From positions 372,001 to 436,000 of the forward strand of contig JALDZS010000001.1 of NCBI GenBank assembly GCA_022813965.1: a stretch of DNA of 64,000 nucleotides. The letters run 5' to 3'. Positions 23,904-35,919 of the stretch are shown here, in pieces (position 1 is the first letter of the stretch; the number at the start of each line of letters is the position of its first letter). The notes under the pieces are model-generated. The model made no database searches, had not been told where the DNA came from, and saw only the letters and a program-made list of their open reading frames with translations. Made by a program: the position numbers and the translations under genes. The stretch is from Toensbergia leucococca (taxonomy: Eukaryota).

Positions 23904-26294
23904 CGGATGAGTTTGCTAACGAGGTCAGCCTATTAACGCCTCCATTAGTATCCTACAACTCGAGATATGTATTAAAGGATTTAAATGGGGATAAATACAG
24001 AACTTTTGAGAGCTAGAAAAAAAAGCTAGTATCTCTGACCTATGTCCTCAGCTTCAATGTCAAAAGAGGTCTGTAAGGGTGAGATTGGGAACCAAACGAT
24101 GATGGAAGACGGAAGGATTCTAATTTATGGTTGCGTCTCCCCAGATTTGTATGAAAGATATAGGACGTAACACAGATAACTCGGTTGCTCGTACCGATTG
24201 ACGAAGAGACGACGTTGACTCGACAAAGACGGATTGACTGTGATGGAAGTTGCGAGGGTCGAGTTACGTACCTAACTGGTTCCCGAGCACCAGAGCAAGC
24301 CTCCTTAGGCTAAGTGATACTGGAAGAAGCTTTGCTGGAGTGAAAGTCCAATGAATGCGTTACTGCCGGTTTCTTGTTAGCCAAGATCCTCAACAGCCTT
24401 AAAGATGAAGCTCACCGAGTAGCTCGTGACAATAGGGGTCTTGTAGTGCGAGGACTTTTTCGAAGAGCCAAAACACCAAAAGCCTTAATTTATGTGCAGG
24501 TCGTCCAAATTCAAAACTGTGAGATTCGAAATTCAAAATAGCCGCATCAAAAACCTCTGTTGGGAAGCGATGAAGGTATATGCAGCGAAGCTAATTACAA
24601 AGTCCTCAGCTGGGTTCAATCTGGCACGACAGTGAAGAAGTTTCATGGTGAAGAGGCTGGTCTTTATGACTGTCGGACACGATGATTCTACGGTGATATT
24701 GACATCCCTACATGATGGTCTCATACCACCCTCTCATCCCGTGGCGCCACCTTGATGGAGACCGATTCTATGAGCAGCTTGAACTGACAGCTTGATCTCT
24801 GTCGGCCTTGTCTTCGGAATGAATCGCATCGGTCGGAGAAGTGCTCCTTCTATGAACGTAATGACTTATCGCTTTACTAGAGGAGGAGCAGACTGCCAAG
24901 GCTGTGATATTTTTAGACATCAAAGATCTCCAACGCAGCGGCTACGGTTTAACGAATCTGAAGAAATGACTGAGGGCGATTGGCGGCTGCAGGCGCCTCA
25001 AGTGCTCGGATGAACGGTCGAATCAGGCCTGCATGCGCACCATCATCATCTTCGGCTTTTGAGCCCGTGGTGGAATTTCTGGGCACTTTCGGCCGTTGAG
25101 GGTAGTATTACTCTCTTCTTCAAATGAGAGCTGCCGTTTTCTCGAAGTCGTCCCCAATGCTCGAAGCAAAGCGAATGCAGTGCAGATCAGCCCGAATGTG
25201 TCCGCGGGTGGGCGTCGCGTGGCACTTGATCGTGCATGAGCCATTTCCGTCACCCACCTCATCTGAGGTTGCCAGTGGCGCAATAAAAACCCTGGAAGAC
25301 AGAAATGATATGGCATCCACGGCAAATCAAATGGGAAAGCTTCACTTGGAGTCGAATCTTTGTGTCCCCTCTCATCCGGGGTTGGTTTACATCGGCTCCA
25401 ATTTCTCAAGGCTATCTTGTTTCATGAAACAGCAGATCTTGTCCTCATCCGCTTGTTTTTTCTTCATCCGTTGCGTCGACATACACACTGCAAGCATTCG
25501 GAATTGATCCTTCAGGGTCTTGGCGATTGAAGCAATAGGGTCATGCCTTATGAGATCTTACAGCTTCTTTCAGATATCGCGTCACTTACGAGGCCACCAA
25601 AGCTATTTGAGATGTTTCTTCACATTTTCGTCGTCCAGATTCGACTTGGACATGCTTTCTTTGAGTTGGCGCGCCTCCAGTGGAAAGGAGGGTCGATGAA
25701 GATCAATACTTTGAAGTGTGCAAAGGAAGAAAAGGATTTCTATTTCACATGCTGTAGCCAATCTTGTGCTGCAATTGTAATTGAAATTAAATGCAAAAAC
25801 AAAATAAACTAAATCGGAATTTTTAAAGCGTGGCAACTTCCTAGAAATCAAATTCCAAGCCATGTCACGCATTTCTGGCTCGTTCATCATCAAGGAATTG
25901 AGTATTCCAGAGTCAAATTTATACCCATTATCCCACGTATCTTCTTAATATCACGAGGCCTATATCTACCTCTCCACTTGAGCTGGCTTGCCCGTTCTCC
26001 ATGCCAACTTCCATGGGTGGCTATCAGGCTGGTCTCGTCGCCGGTATCAGCATTGGAGGCGGCACTTTTATTCTTCTCGGTCTTTGGGCATGCTGCAAAG
26101 GTTCCCAACGCATTCGAAACGCCAACAAAGCCGACGAGGAGGCAGCGCTCCGTACCTTGCCAGCCCGCTGAGCTTGATCATCGACTGAAGCTTGCTAGTG
26201 TTTTTGGAAATTGAGTCAAGGTTGAAGTCTTCCGCGCAAAAAGCATGCTTTACTCTCTCTCCGTAACTTTCTCTGTATTAACAACATCGCAGTG

Positions 26295-28448
26295 ATGTAC
26301 ATCCGCAGAGAAGACAGTCCCTCCCTGGCCGGCACCGTCGGCCAAGTCCCGAATTGGGATCTGAGCGAATTATCCACTTCAGTAATCAATACATTTCTTA
26401 TCGTGGGCATCAGCATTTTCGTCGGAACCTTCACACTCATGGCCATTTTCCGTCTCTTCACTAATTGGGGTCATTGGAGACTTCGAAACGCAGAGCCTCA
26501 ACAGCATTATGTGAGGACTTTGCATGGCTGGGTACGACATGACATACTTGCAAAACGGCGCGCGAGAAGGAAAGAGGCTTGGAATGCAGTTGCTAGAATG
26601 TTTGCCTGGAAGACCACCCTCGCCGACTACACATGGGTTTTCTGGGATCCAACCGGTATGAAGCAAATGGACAATAAGGAACAAAGAGAACGTACCTTCA
26701 TCCGTCACTTACCGCACTGGATGAGAAGCCTCGACCACGGTTCTCTTTCGCCCACTTATCCTGTTTGGGCGGAAGGTCATAATAGTTACGGTAATTCCAG
26801 GGAAGCCGCCTTTCCTGGTAGGCCATCGCATGGATTTCACATCTATAATGCTAAGTTTAGGGCTGACATGAATTCCCGATATGTCATGACTGGTGCTTTG
26901 CCAACCCTCAATAATATTAAAAATACGAGCACGGTAAGAAAGCGCCAGGTCGGAAGAAGATCAATCGAGTTTTGGCATGCCAAAAGCCCGGAGACCAGCA
27001 GAGCGACTCGAACGCAGTTACCCCTCCCATGGAAGCCACAGGATCATGTAGAAATGGATCATATAGAAATAATTGAGGGCGTAGGAGATATTACACCTTC
27101 CAGGAGGGGAGGCTCTTCTCTTCCATCATCAGTGTCTACGGCAGGAGTGGGGACCATCGAATCCTGTGCACTTTCCGAAGCCGCCTCAGTAGATGTCCCT
27201 CCTTTACCTATGCGGCGCAACATGAAGAATTACAAGACGCGGCTTCGCAACGCAGTACGAGATTCTGTTTCTCGAATGTCCCACATCTCATCAAGATCAA
27301 CAATTATTGAAGGTGAAGGAGTTGAGTCGCCTGAAGCATCCCCTCTTCAGTCACCAACATTTATGGAAGGCTCAGAAGTCATTGAAAGTTCCGGAGCTTT
27401 TGCGCCTGGAGCATCCCCTCCTCAGTCACCAATATCTATAGGAGGCTCAGAAGTCATTGAGGGGGTGGGAGCTTTTACGCCTAGAACGTTTCCTCCTCAG
27501 TCACCAGCAACTATGGAAGGCCTAGAAGCCATTGGACGTGTCGGAGCTGATACGTCTGAAGTTTCTGATCCTCACTCACCCATGGCTACGGAAGTCTTAC
27601 AAATTGTTGAAGGCCTCGGAAGTGTTACGTCTGAAGCGGCCTCTCGCCAGTCACCAGCGTCTACGTCCCAAGTGGAGATTCTTGAGCGTGTTGAGTTGTC
27701 TGAAGACGTCTCTGTAAGTATTAATTCATTGCCTACCCTACAGCTTAAGAAACGACGATACAACATACCACGACGATCTTTATTTCCGATTCCCCAGCTT
27801 TTACTACCATCTCATGAGCCAGCACGTCTAGGCATCCCTGAGATCAGAGACCCTGGAGACTATGAAGTCGTAGAAGAAAATCTATGGATTCCTAACACTT
27901 CAAATCATGATTTTGAAGAACTGCTCATTCCTACTACAAGCATCAGGTTTTCTTACTACACATCTATAGATTCGATTCAACATCCATTTCCTAATAGTCT
28001 CGACCATAGATTAAGTAACCTCAGCGACAGAGGATGCCGTAATAGCGGTACAGCTGATCCTCAGTCCAGGGTATGGACTGACTCCCAAGCGCCATCGATA
28101 CGTCTACACAACGAACTGAGTGACTATGAAGCTGAAGCTTCTCTAGATTGGAATATCTCTTTACGAAGTAGTAGCGCCCAATCCGGTTCTACTGTCGCCA
28201 ACGCAATCCAGGATATTGAAGCCAGTTCACCTGATCAGCCAAGAATACCGACATCAGACAGAGGTAGCGGAGCCATAGCACAGCTGTCGTTTTCCGATCT
28301 AGATCTGCTCAACAGGAGAAGTATTTCTTCATCCAGCTCGAGCACACGGATTATACTGCAAAAACGCAGAAATCCGCGGAGGATAGACAGAGGTATTCTA
28401 CTGGAAACCTTACTATGCGAAGATCCGAAATCACTAAAGAATGAGTAA
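26295..28448 (+). CDS. Hypothetical protein with N-terminal TM segment and internal 25-aa repeats
   Basis: 717-codon uninterrupted ORF; hydrophobic FLIVGISIFVGTFTLMAIF; Trp-rich block YVRTLHGWV..ADYTWVFWDPTG. Confidence 0.75.
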   Translation: MYIRREDSPSLAGTVGQVPNWDLSELSTSVINTFLIVGISIFVGTFTLMAIFRLFTNWGHWRLRNAEPQQHYVRTLHGWVRHDILAKRRARRKEAWNAVARMFAWKTTLADYTWVFWDPTGMKQMDNKEQRERTFIRHLPHWMRSLDHGSLSPTYPVWAEGHNSYGNSREAAFPGRPSHGFHIYNAKFRADMNSRYVMTGALPTLNNIKNTSTVRKRQVGRRSIEFWHAKSPETSRATRTQLPLPWKPQDHVEMDHIEIIEGVGDITPSRRGGSSLPSSVSTAGVGTIESCALSEAASVDVPPLPMRRNMKNYKTRLRNAVRDSVSRMSHISSRSTIIEGEGVESPEASPLQSPTFMEGSEVIESSGAFAPGASPPQSPISIGGSEVIEGVGAFTPRTFPPQSPATMEGLEAIGRVGADTSEVSDPHSPMATEVLQIVEGLGSVTSEAASRQSPASTSQVEILERVELSEDVSVSINSLPTLQLKKRRYNIPRRSLFPIPQLLLPSHEPARLGIPEIRDPGDYEVVEENLWIPNTSNHDFEELLIPTTSIRFSYYTSIDSIQHPFPNSLDHRLSNLSDRGCRNSGTADPQSRVWTDSQAPSIRLHNELSDYEAEASLDWNISLRSSSAQSGSTVANAIQDIEASSPDQPRIPTSDRGSGAIAQLSFSDLDLLNRRSISSSSSSTRIILQKRRNPRRIDRGILLETLLCEDPKSLKNE
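27305..27680 (+). repeat. Coding minisatellite, 75 bp (25 aa) x5
   Basis: ca(g/c)tcacc at 27348, 27423, 27498, 27573 and 27648; peptide unit IEGxGxxxPxxSPPQSPxxxEGxEV. Confidence 0.9.
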
Positions 28449-29379
28449 TTTGCGGAAGGATCTTTGCTTGGTCTTCGACCATTAACGGCTAGATCGTGAG
28501 AATTGCCAGAAGTCGCTCCAGCGGTGTGATCTACAGTGATCTAGGGCCACTGTCATGGCTCTTTCCTGTTGAGAAAAGTACTCAAGCCGATGCAGATGTA
28601 CGGGCTTCATGCAAATAACGGCTAGGATTGGTAGACTTTTCAGTCTTTTTCGTCTCACGGAGAGCTGTAAATCCGCGATTTACTCTTAGGTTTACCCGTA
28701 ATTATTTGATTGAGAGAAGTTTGAAGCAGGTGAGATGATGGAGAGGGGAAAAGTGGAATTTTCTGAGAAAGGCGTTTGAGTTGCTTTGGGGGGGCGAGAG
28801 CGAGAATGAAGCGGAGAAGCGAGGAAGGAAATGCGAGGACTGGGATAAAGTTGTGAGGGATGGGGAGGAGAAATGGAGGCTTGGCTTGTGAATCATCTTC
28901 TCGCCTTGCTTTTTGAGCCGAGCTGAGATGTATTCAGCATGAGTGTAGGTGTAGGGGTGTCGGACTGTGCAGGCTTGATGGGATAAGTATTTCTGTAAGG
29001 TAGTATTAGTATGATATAGATCAGCTTAGATAACTCAGAGTTTACATTGTTCGCCAAGTTACCCACAGGGTGTCCGCCTTTTTCTACCCAGATTGCTTTT
29101 TTTTTAAAAAAGTACGTAGAGAGGGAGGTGAGTGTAACCTGTTGTGGGAGCCGGCTGTTGTTTTTTTTGGTGCGATGGTGTTTCTACACCCCTTTTCCTC
29201 GTATGGGGGGGTGGGGGGTTGGACTGCTTCATACCTACATCTTAATTGTGAGATCAAGTCCCGATTTAATCGCCCCTCACCTGCCCCAACCTAGTCCCAA
29301 TTTCCTCAGAATTTCATTATTCCTCTTTTTCTTTTTCTTTTTCTTCTCTTCCCTCCCACGCCCCCCTCTCTTTTGTTTT

Positions 29380-30170
29380 GGGGAGTGAAGGGGTTTGGGG
29401 GTCGAGGTTCAACAAATCTCCCTATCCTCATCTCCATAAATCTCCTATCCCCTTCCCCATCCCATTCATCCTGAGCTCAGGACTAAAAAGTAGTGGAAAT
29501 TTTGGGTCTCTCTTTCTTTTTTTTTTTGGATACTTGGTTTATGGGATTCGGTATCTTGTTTTTTTTGGTCTTGCCCTTTTTGTCGGGCTTTTGTTGTTTG
29601 TTTTTTTGTTGTTTTTATTTTTTTTTTGGGCGGTAAGAGGGGTTTTGAGTGTGAGAAGGAGGTTGAGGTTGGGTTGGGGTTGGGGTTAGATAGAGGTGGG
29701 GGGTTTGGGAGATTTTTTCTTCTAGGGGATGGTGTGATTGTGGTGTTGGAGGGGATGGGTTCGTTCAGAGCTGATTTTGGAATTGAAGAGGTTTGGTATT
29801 CTTTCTTGATACCTGCGATCTCGGAACCCGCGTTTCCTTCAACGGCGGGATTTTTTTTGGTGGAGTGGCTTCTTTTTTTTTGAAATGTGTGGGGGAGGTG
29901 AGACTTTGGAAAGACAGGACAGAGTCCGCATTTCCCGTATCCTCCTTTATTTTTTCCTCTTTTTTGAAAGAACGTTTATGGGCCTTGGGAAACACAGTCT
30001 ACCCGGAGAGAGCTTCTTTCAATAAAATCGAACATTCCTTTTTTTTTTTGGGTTCCTCCCCTACTTTTGCAAACTTGATAAGAAATCTGAGGAATTCTGC
30101 ATAGGCGGCTGGGTTTGTACGCTGTTTGGCAGATATGCCACCTCCAGGGCCGGGGAATAGGACGGGTCAT
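29380..30170 (-). pseudogene. Degraded or error-laden coding region (MTRPIPRPWRWHICQTAY..), broken by A-runs
   Basis: The start resembles small fungal Cys/His-motif proteins, but the frame breaks repeatedly in homopolymers. A-rich tracts look like G->A-converted acidic codons. Confidence 0.35.
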
Positions 30171-30836
30171 AGTTTGTAGATTGGGGGTGGGGAAACAAAG
30201 TGTGAGAGACGAAAATGACTGCTTGACTGAGTGTGAAGAACGACATCTGCTGCCATGAGAGTTGCTAACTGAACTTATCAAGGGGTATAAAACATTAAGG
30301 GGGTCTCGGTACTGGAAAGTATTGGCCAAAAGCTCCTGCACTCGAGATCCCACGGCTGTATTCAAGTTTTTGTAATGCAAGCCTACCTACTGCTCAATCA
30401 TCCACTAGCACTCAATGCGTCTGGTTGATAAAGGGATAGGGTCTAGGGTGGCTCTTTTGGACATACATATTTGAAGGAGAATTGAACGAGTCTACCGAGT
30501 TTGGGAATTGAGAGACGGAGAAGAAGAGTATTCATCTTCTAGTTGTTTGATTGTGTGACTTTAATCTATCTACCTGTCCGCTAGATAGAGGTGAGGATAA
30601 TACTCCGTTTTGCTGAGACGGACGCTTCGTGGTTACTGATGGCTTACCTAACATGCAAAGGGGTCAGCCAATACATTGACTACGCAACGATTCCGATCCG
30701 ACGTACTCTCTACCAAGAGTGATGATGAGAGTCGTGTGAGTATGTCGAGTTCAGCGGACAAGCTATATTTCGAGCCGAATCGAGACCCCATTTCGTGTCT
30801 TCTTAAACTCATGCGCATTCTACCCGCGTTCCAATC

Positions 30837-32567
30837 CTACCCTCTGACAGAATTGTTTTGAGCACCCTCTCTGTTGCTCAGCGCCGCAATAGTCGAGTTC
30901 ATATCCTGTTTCTTTAAAGCCGTTTCAACCCAAGATTCATTCCACCCGCGGTCGATTGCCACTCTCCGGCACCTACCTTTGCTCCTTAAAAGCCGAAGAA
31001 TCTCCTCTACCCCAGCTATCTTCCTCTCAACATGAGCCCATTTTGCCAAGTCTTTTCTGACGTGAAATTCCCTCTGATCTTCATCCTTTTCGTTTTGAAT
31101 CTGGTGTCCAGGCCAGACGGCTGACTCTGGAGCCAACTTGCCTGGCCTTTGACGCAGAATCCGCTCCGGAGTCCAGCCTTGTCCAAGTCGAACATTTTCC
31201 ATTCCACGCCACGACCCGCACCAATCTACAACGCTCGACTCTGTTTTGCTTCCTTTATCAAACGAGGTATATTCAGTCACCAATTTCGGGTACATTTGAT
31301 GCCAAGTCTTGTCATTCTCGCAGCCTAAATCTTCTCTCCATACTAAGGCTTCAACCCAGGCACTGCATCCCTCGAGATCTAGCCATTTTAGACACAAGGT
31401 CTTTTTGCTCAGCCACTTTAAGATACCCGCAGCTTCACTCCAATCGCCGAAGTCGGTGCTATAGAAATCACTGGCACCGTAGCTGACATTTCCGCCCGGA
31501 GTTGCGGTGATGGCGGTTTTGGAATTTGGGGTGAGGGATGGAGTGGGCCAGTATGCGAGAGAGAGGTGTGTTAGCGTGGTAAAGTGCGAGCAGATTTTTA
31601 ATAGGATCCGCCAAGATGCGAATTTTGAGTCTGGGTGTGAAAGAGAGAGGTGCGTAAGGGAAGGAAACCGAGTGGCTGTAAGCGGTAGGTGGAAAGGGAT
31701 TGCAGGTGAGTCCCACGAATCAGGCACCTTGCCGGTAGGAGGTAAGGAGATGGTGCTATCACCGGGCATAGAGGCACCATCAGTCCTGGGGACGAATTCT
31801 GTGTTGTTGAACAGACCGTTTAGATCTTTCAATGTGAAGGTTTGATATCCAACAGAACCAGCAAGGTCGAGATGTGTGAGACTGTCGCTGCCCGTAGCAT
31901 CTGTGAGCTCTTTCTCATCTAAAAGCAATGTCTTCAGACCGGGATAGCTGATACCAGCAGGGCTATAGACGGCAATGTAGCTTAGCAGTGCTGCTTTGCA
32001 CCGTACCGGAAGCGTTGCCAGATAGAACTGGTCGTATTCAATATGCCAATCCCAATTTTTCGCAAGGCTTTTCAGCGTCTGACCCATGAGAGAGCCTTCC
32101 TCAGGTAAGAAGTAGGCGTTTGGAAGTCCCTTTAGACCACGTAAAACGAGATGGTTATGAACTTCTTCGACCTTCCTAAATCCCCGCCTTTCCTGACTTT
32201 GCGCAGGTGCATGGATGCTAGATGCAAGCCAACTGCTTGGAGCCGATGGCCCTGGTGGACCCCGTATCCTGGAGCGTCTCATGGTTGATGTTGGTCCTGG
32301 TCGTGGTCTTGGTGGCAGAGTATCTGGAATTTGAAGCACGTCAATTAAGGAGGGATGTACGGTAGGTGTGTTGACGTATGTATTGACATTAACAGGCGGC
32401 CGATCCGATTTTGAGGGGGCTTGACTTTGACGAAGATGAAGGAGAAGGCCATTGACGGTGGTGTTACAGGCATCGATGTGTGATTTAGAGTCATGCTTGA
32501 CAACCAATGATGGATGAGTTGAGCTTGTCGGCTTTCTAAATTGTACTGGTGTTTTTTTCTTGGGCAT
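30837..32567 (-). CDS. Conserved fungal hypothetical protein with LRR-like motifs
   Basis: 576-codon ORF; LxxLxL repeats LTHLDLAG, LTHLSLSH, LTHLSLAYW, LKWLDLEGC; motif GPPGPSAPSSW. Confidence 0.8.
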   Translation of the reverse strand: MPKKKTPVQFRKPTSSTHPSLVVKHDSKSHIDACNTTVNGLLLHLRQSQAPSKSDRPPVNVNTYVNTPTVHPSLIDVLQIPDTLPPRPRPGPTSTMRRSRIRGPPGPSAPSSWLASSIHAPAQSQERRGFRKVEEVHNHLVLRGLKGLPNAYFLPEEGSLMGQTLKSLAKNWDWHIEYDQFYLATLPVRCKAALLSYIAVYSPAGISYPGLKTLLLDEKELTDATGSDSLTHLDLAGSVGYQTFTLKDLNGLFNNTEFVPRTDGASMPGDSTISLPPTGKVPDSWDSPAIPFHLPLTATRFPSLTHLSLSHPDSKFASWRILLKICSHFTTLTHLSLAYWPTPSLTPNSKTAITATPGGNVSYGASDFYSTDFGDWSEAAGILKWLSKKTLCLKWLDLEGCSAWVEALVWREDLGCENDKTWHQMYPKLVTEYTSFDKGSKTESSVVDWCGSWRGMENVRLGQGWTPERILRQRPGKLAPESAVWPGHQIQNEKDEDQREFHVRKDLAKWAHVERKIAGVEEILRLLRSKGRCRRVAIDRGWNESWVETALKKQDMNSTIAALSNREGAQNNSVRG

Positions 32568-32990
32568 CTAGCTGTATGAACCTTTGAAGGGAGATATGGA
32601 TATGGTGCTCGGAGAAATCAAAGGGATTTATCCTCATGGGCTCCGCGAACAAAAAGATAAGGTATGGACGGGGAAGGGAGGGTGGGGATATTGGACTATT
32701 ATAGTGGCGCTGATTTTTTGTACGAGTACGAAGTTCTCTGTAATACGACTAAGGTGGCATTCATGTACGAGAACATTTCCGTATGCTTCCCCAGGTCAAA
32801 GACTCTTGAATCATTGTTTTGATAGTTTCCCAGGGTAGGTACCTAGGAAAGAACTGTTCAATACATCGCTGTCCTACCTAGTCTTCATAAATGGTATTCA
32901 CCACACATGTTTATTGCAATACACTGGTTTAGATTGCAATTCTCACGTAAGATTCAGAGCTTGGTAGCACTAGCATCAATTCTTCGCTGC

Positions 32991-35055
32991 TCAGCGTCGC
33001 CCCTTGATGTTGAAGGTCTTCAATGGATCGCTTCTCTTACCCACAGGCTTCTTGTCTTTTCCTTTCAAACGATTGTGCAATCTTGCCTTCCTGATCCTGT
33101 TATCGCTCGGTTTTCGCAATCCGACAAAGCCGATTTCTTCTCCCGTAATACTCTTCTTCCAGTTGCTGGGCAATAGATAGTCTGGGACATGCTTCAGGTG
33201 TGGCTGTATCCTCGCCGCTCTCAGCTCGCCATCATGCCTCAAGTGATGCAGATCCCCCGGGTTCTCTTCGAAATGTCGTTTCAACTTCTCACTTTTAATC
33301 AACTCTTGCCTTAATTCTCGTGTACGTGCTTCACGGATTGCAACATGTGTGACTGCCCGGAGAGCATCGTTCATACGGTAGCGAAATGCATCAACCTGCT
33401 CCATGTCAAAGCTGTAGGGCTTGACTTCTCTGCCCTTTTCATTTTGACGTTGAGTGATCTTCTGCAAAACCTCTTCGTCGTGTTTGGCCGTGTGGAACGT
33501 GGTCGGCTTGTGCTTATGATAAAGATCGGCAGTGATCACGAAAGAGAGTGCCATACCAGTCTGCCCAGCACGACCAGTTCTTCCAATGCGATGAGTGTAT
33601 GACTTTGACGTTGTTGGTAGATCAAAGTTCAGTACGCAGGCAACATTTTTGAAGTCAATGCCACGCGAAATACCATACTCTTTGTCCTTTTTAGTGGATT
33701 TCCGTTTCTTCTTCCGTGGCTCAGCCAGTTGCCCCTCTATACCTGGCTCTTCGCCCAGAGCTTCATCATGGGCATCAGCTGATAATGAAACGGCTGATGT
33801 AGCCCTGTTTGAAATAGAACCAGCTACGCTATGGGACAGCCTCGCTTTACTTTCACCATCTCCATGTCTTGTAGATCTTGCACCACCTTGCTGGCTGGAA
33901 ATCTCATGCTCATCCGTGGCAATTATGATTTCATAAACGTTCTTGTTAAATTCTTCTACCACGTGGATGCGAGAGTTTACGGGTAATTCTGAATTGAGAA
34001 CACAGCTCTTGATACCGAATTGTTCGAGAAATAATTTGAGTCGATAACATCTATCAATATCTCCAACGAAGATAATGAATTTGCCCTTGATCAGCTTGAG
34101 CTTAAAAATGACATAGGTCAATAAGAATTTGTCATCCTCAGCACATCTGTAGTGTTCTATTAGAATAGGGCCGACGTATAGACTTCTTCAGGTATACGTA
34201 CTTCACTACGTACTGATTCACACCATCATCTTCATCCTCTACCTCTTCTAGCTTTAAAACAACAGGATTTCTACAGAATAAACCTTTCAGAGTTTCGACC
34301 TCAGAGGTCAGGGTTGCACTCATTAGGAATGTTTGAACTCCCTTAGGTATAGCCTTGGCAACGATACGTAAATCTTCATCATACCCATATGAGAGCACGA
34401 GATCGGCTTCGTCTATAACTAGGTGCGTAAGCTTGTCGAGGGACAAAGCCGAGGTGTTGAGGTTTAGAGAGGCACGAGCAGGTGTGGCAACGACGATATC
34501 GGGATGGTCAGTTAACAGCGAGCGTTGGACAGTGTCAGAAACTTTCTGGGTCAAGTTGACGATCCGCACATCCTTAGCGCAATAGACGGAGAAGGCTACT
34601 GCTGTCTTTGAGACTTGGTCGGCAAGCTCGCGAGTGGGAACTAGGATGAGTGTGGAGATTTCATTTCTGGTAGGATCTGCCTTAACTCAGAGTCAGGCCC
34701 TATATCATTCAAAGCCATGGGGTTTACACACAGTCTTCCTGCGAAGGACAGATTCGAGGATTGGTAAAATGTAAGCAGCAGTCTTACCCGAACCGGTCTT
34801 TGCTCGTGCTGCGACAATGACTCAGTGCATGCGCAGCATCAGGCCTGGAAGCAACGCACCAAGTATATCTTTGCCCTCAAGAGCCAAAGGTATGGCCTTC
34901 GACTGTACCAAGGTTGGGGTAGAGAATTTCTCGTTCTCGATAGCTTGGAGAAGGCGAGGATCTAATCCGAGGGAAGTAAAAGAGGATATGTCTTGATCAG
35001 GTCCTCTCTGAGAGGCGGAGATTGGTACATCATCTTCGTTGAGCTTGCGCTTCAT
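32991..35055 (-). CDS. DBP9: DEAD-box ATP-dependent RNA helicase DBP9 (DDX56), 4 exons
   Basis: Q motif [20 protein letters not shown] across an intron, [36 protein letters not shown]9-specific [10 protein letters not shown] and [11 protein letters not shown]. Confidence 0.95.
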
Positions 35056-35919
35056 CTTGGTGTAGAGAACAAAGGTGATTCGGTGAAGCCAAATCAGAGC
35101 CCACAAACTTTCTTGATGGGGCTGCACCTTTTCTGCCGCGCTAGCTATTCTATATCAGTACTAGCGGGCACAGCCTTGTTTACAGTACCGTACGGTAGAC
35201 AATCAACGTTGGATCCTCCTATCCTTCTGTAAAACGCTCAATAATTACTCTACTGCCTGTTTCACATTTCCACTTCGTCTCAACTACTTTTGTGTGGTGT
35301 TACGATTACCAATCAAACGTCACTAAGCTCGAACTCGTCATTGGTATGTTCATATTTAGAGAAGGCGCAGTGGTCTTCCGAAGACTTTCGACGTCGAGAC
35401 TTCATATTTCTTGCTTAGGTTGTGGTTTGAGCCCAAAATAAGCAAACAGTCACTACTAATGATGTGAGATGTTCTCATAAGCAATGGGAACTGATTGTGA
35501 TTAGAGTCGATGCCCTGAATCTTCTGAACTATCCGATCATGTTTGCCCCAAGACACCTGCTCAGCAACGGACGGCTGCAGAATCCTCGATGAATCGCGCT
35601 ATTCGTTACCCTAACTCCATCATTATTCAGGGGATGTGGCCGTTATCAATCCTTGCTAAGAAAAGTGGCTAAGAGAAAGGGGACACAAAGACGAAAGGCT
35701 TTCCGAAATCAAGCAACAAGAAAAACGGAAACTCGGACGAGTCAGAATAGAAATCCCGCGGGCCACAAAAAAAAATGGGTCGATGAGCAACGTTTTGTCC
35801 GTTTGCTCTCGCCACGAAGAATCCAGTCGTACTGAGAATCTTCAAGCATCGCCATAGGCTATGCAACGTATTTAATATCATCAACTTGATCTTGAAATTC
35901 TTCCTCAAATTCCAATCTA

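Noticed and set aside
24000..26250. Several 60-128-aa ORFs in the long intergenic region
   Set aside because: Overlapping on both strands with no motif or consistent splice structure; treated as regulatory DNA.
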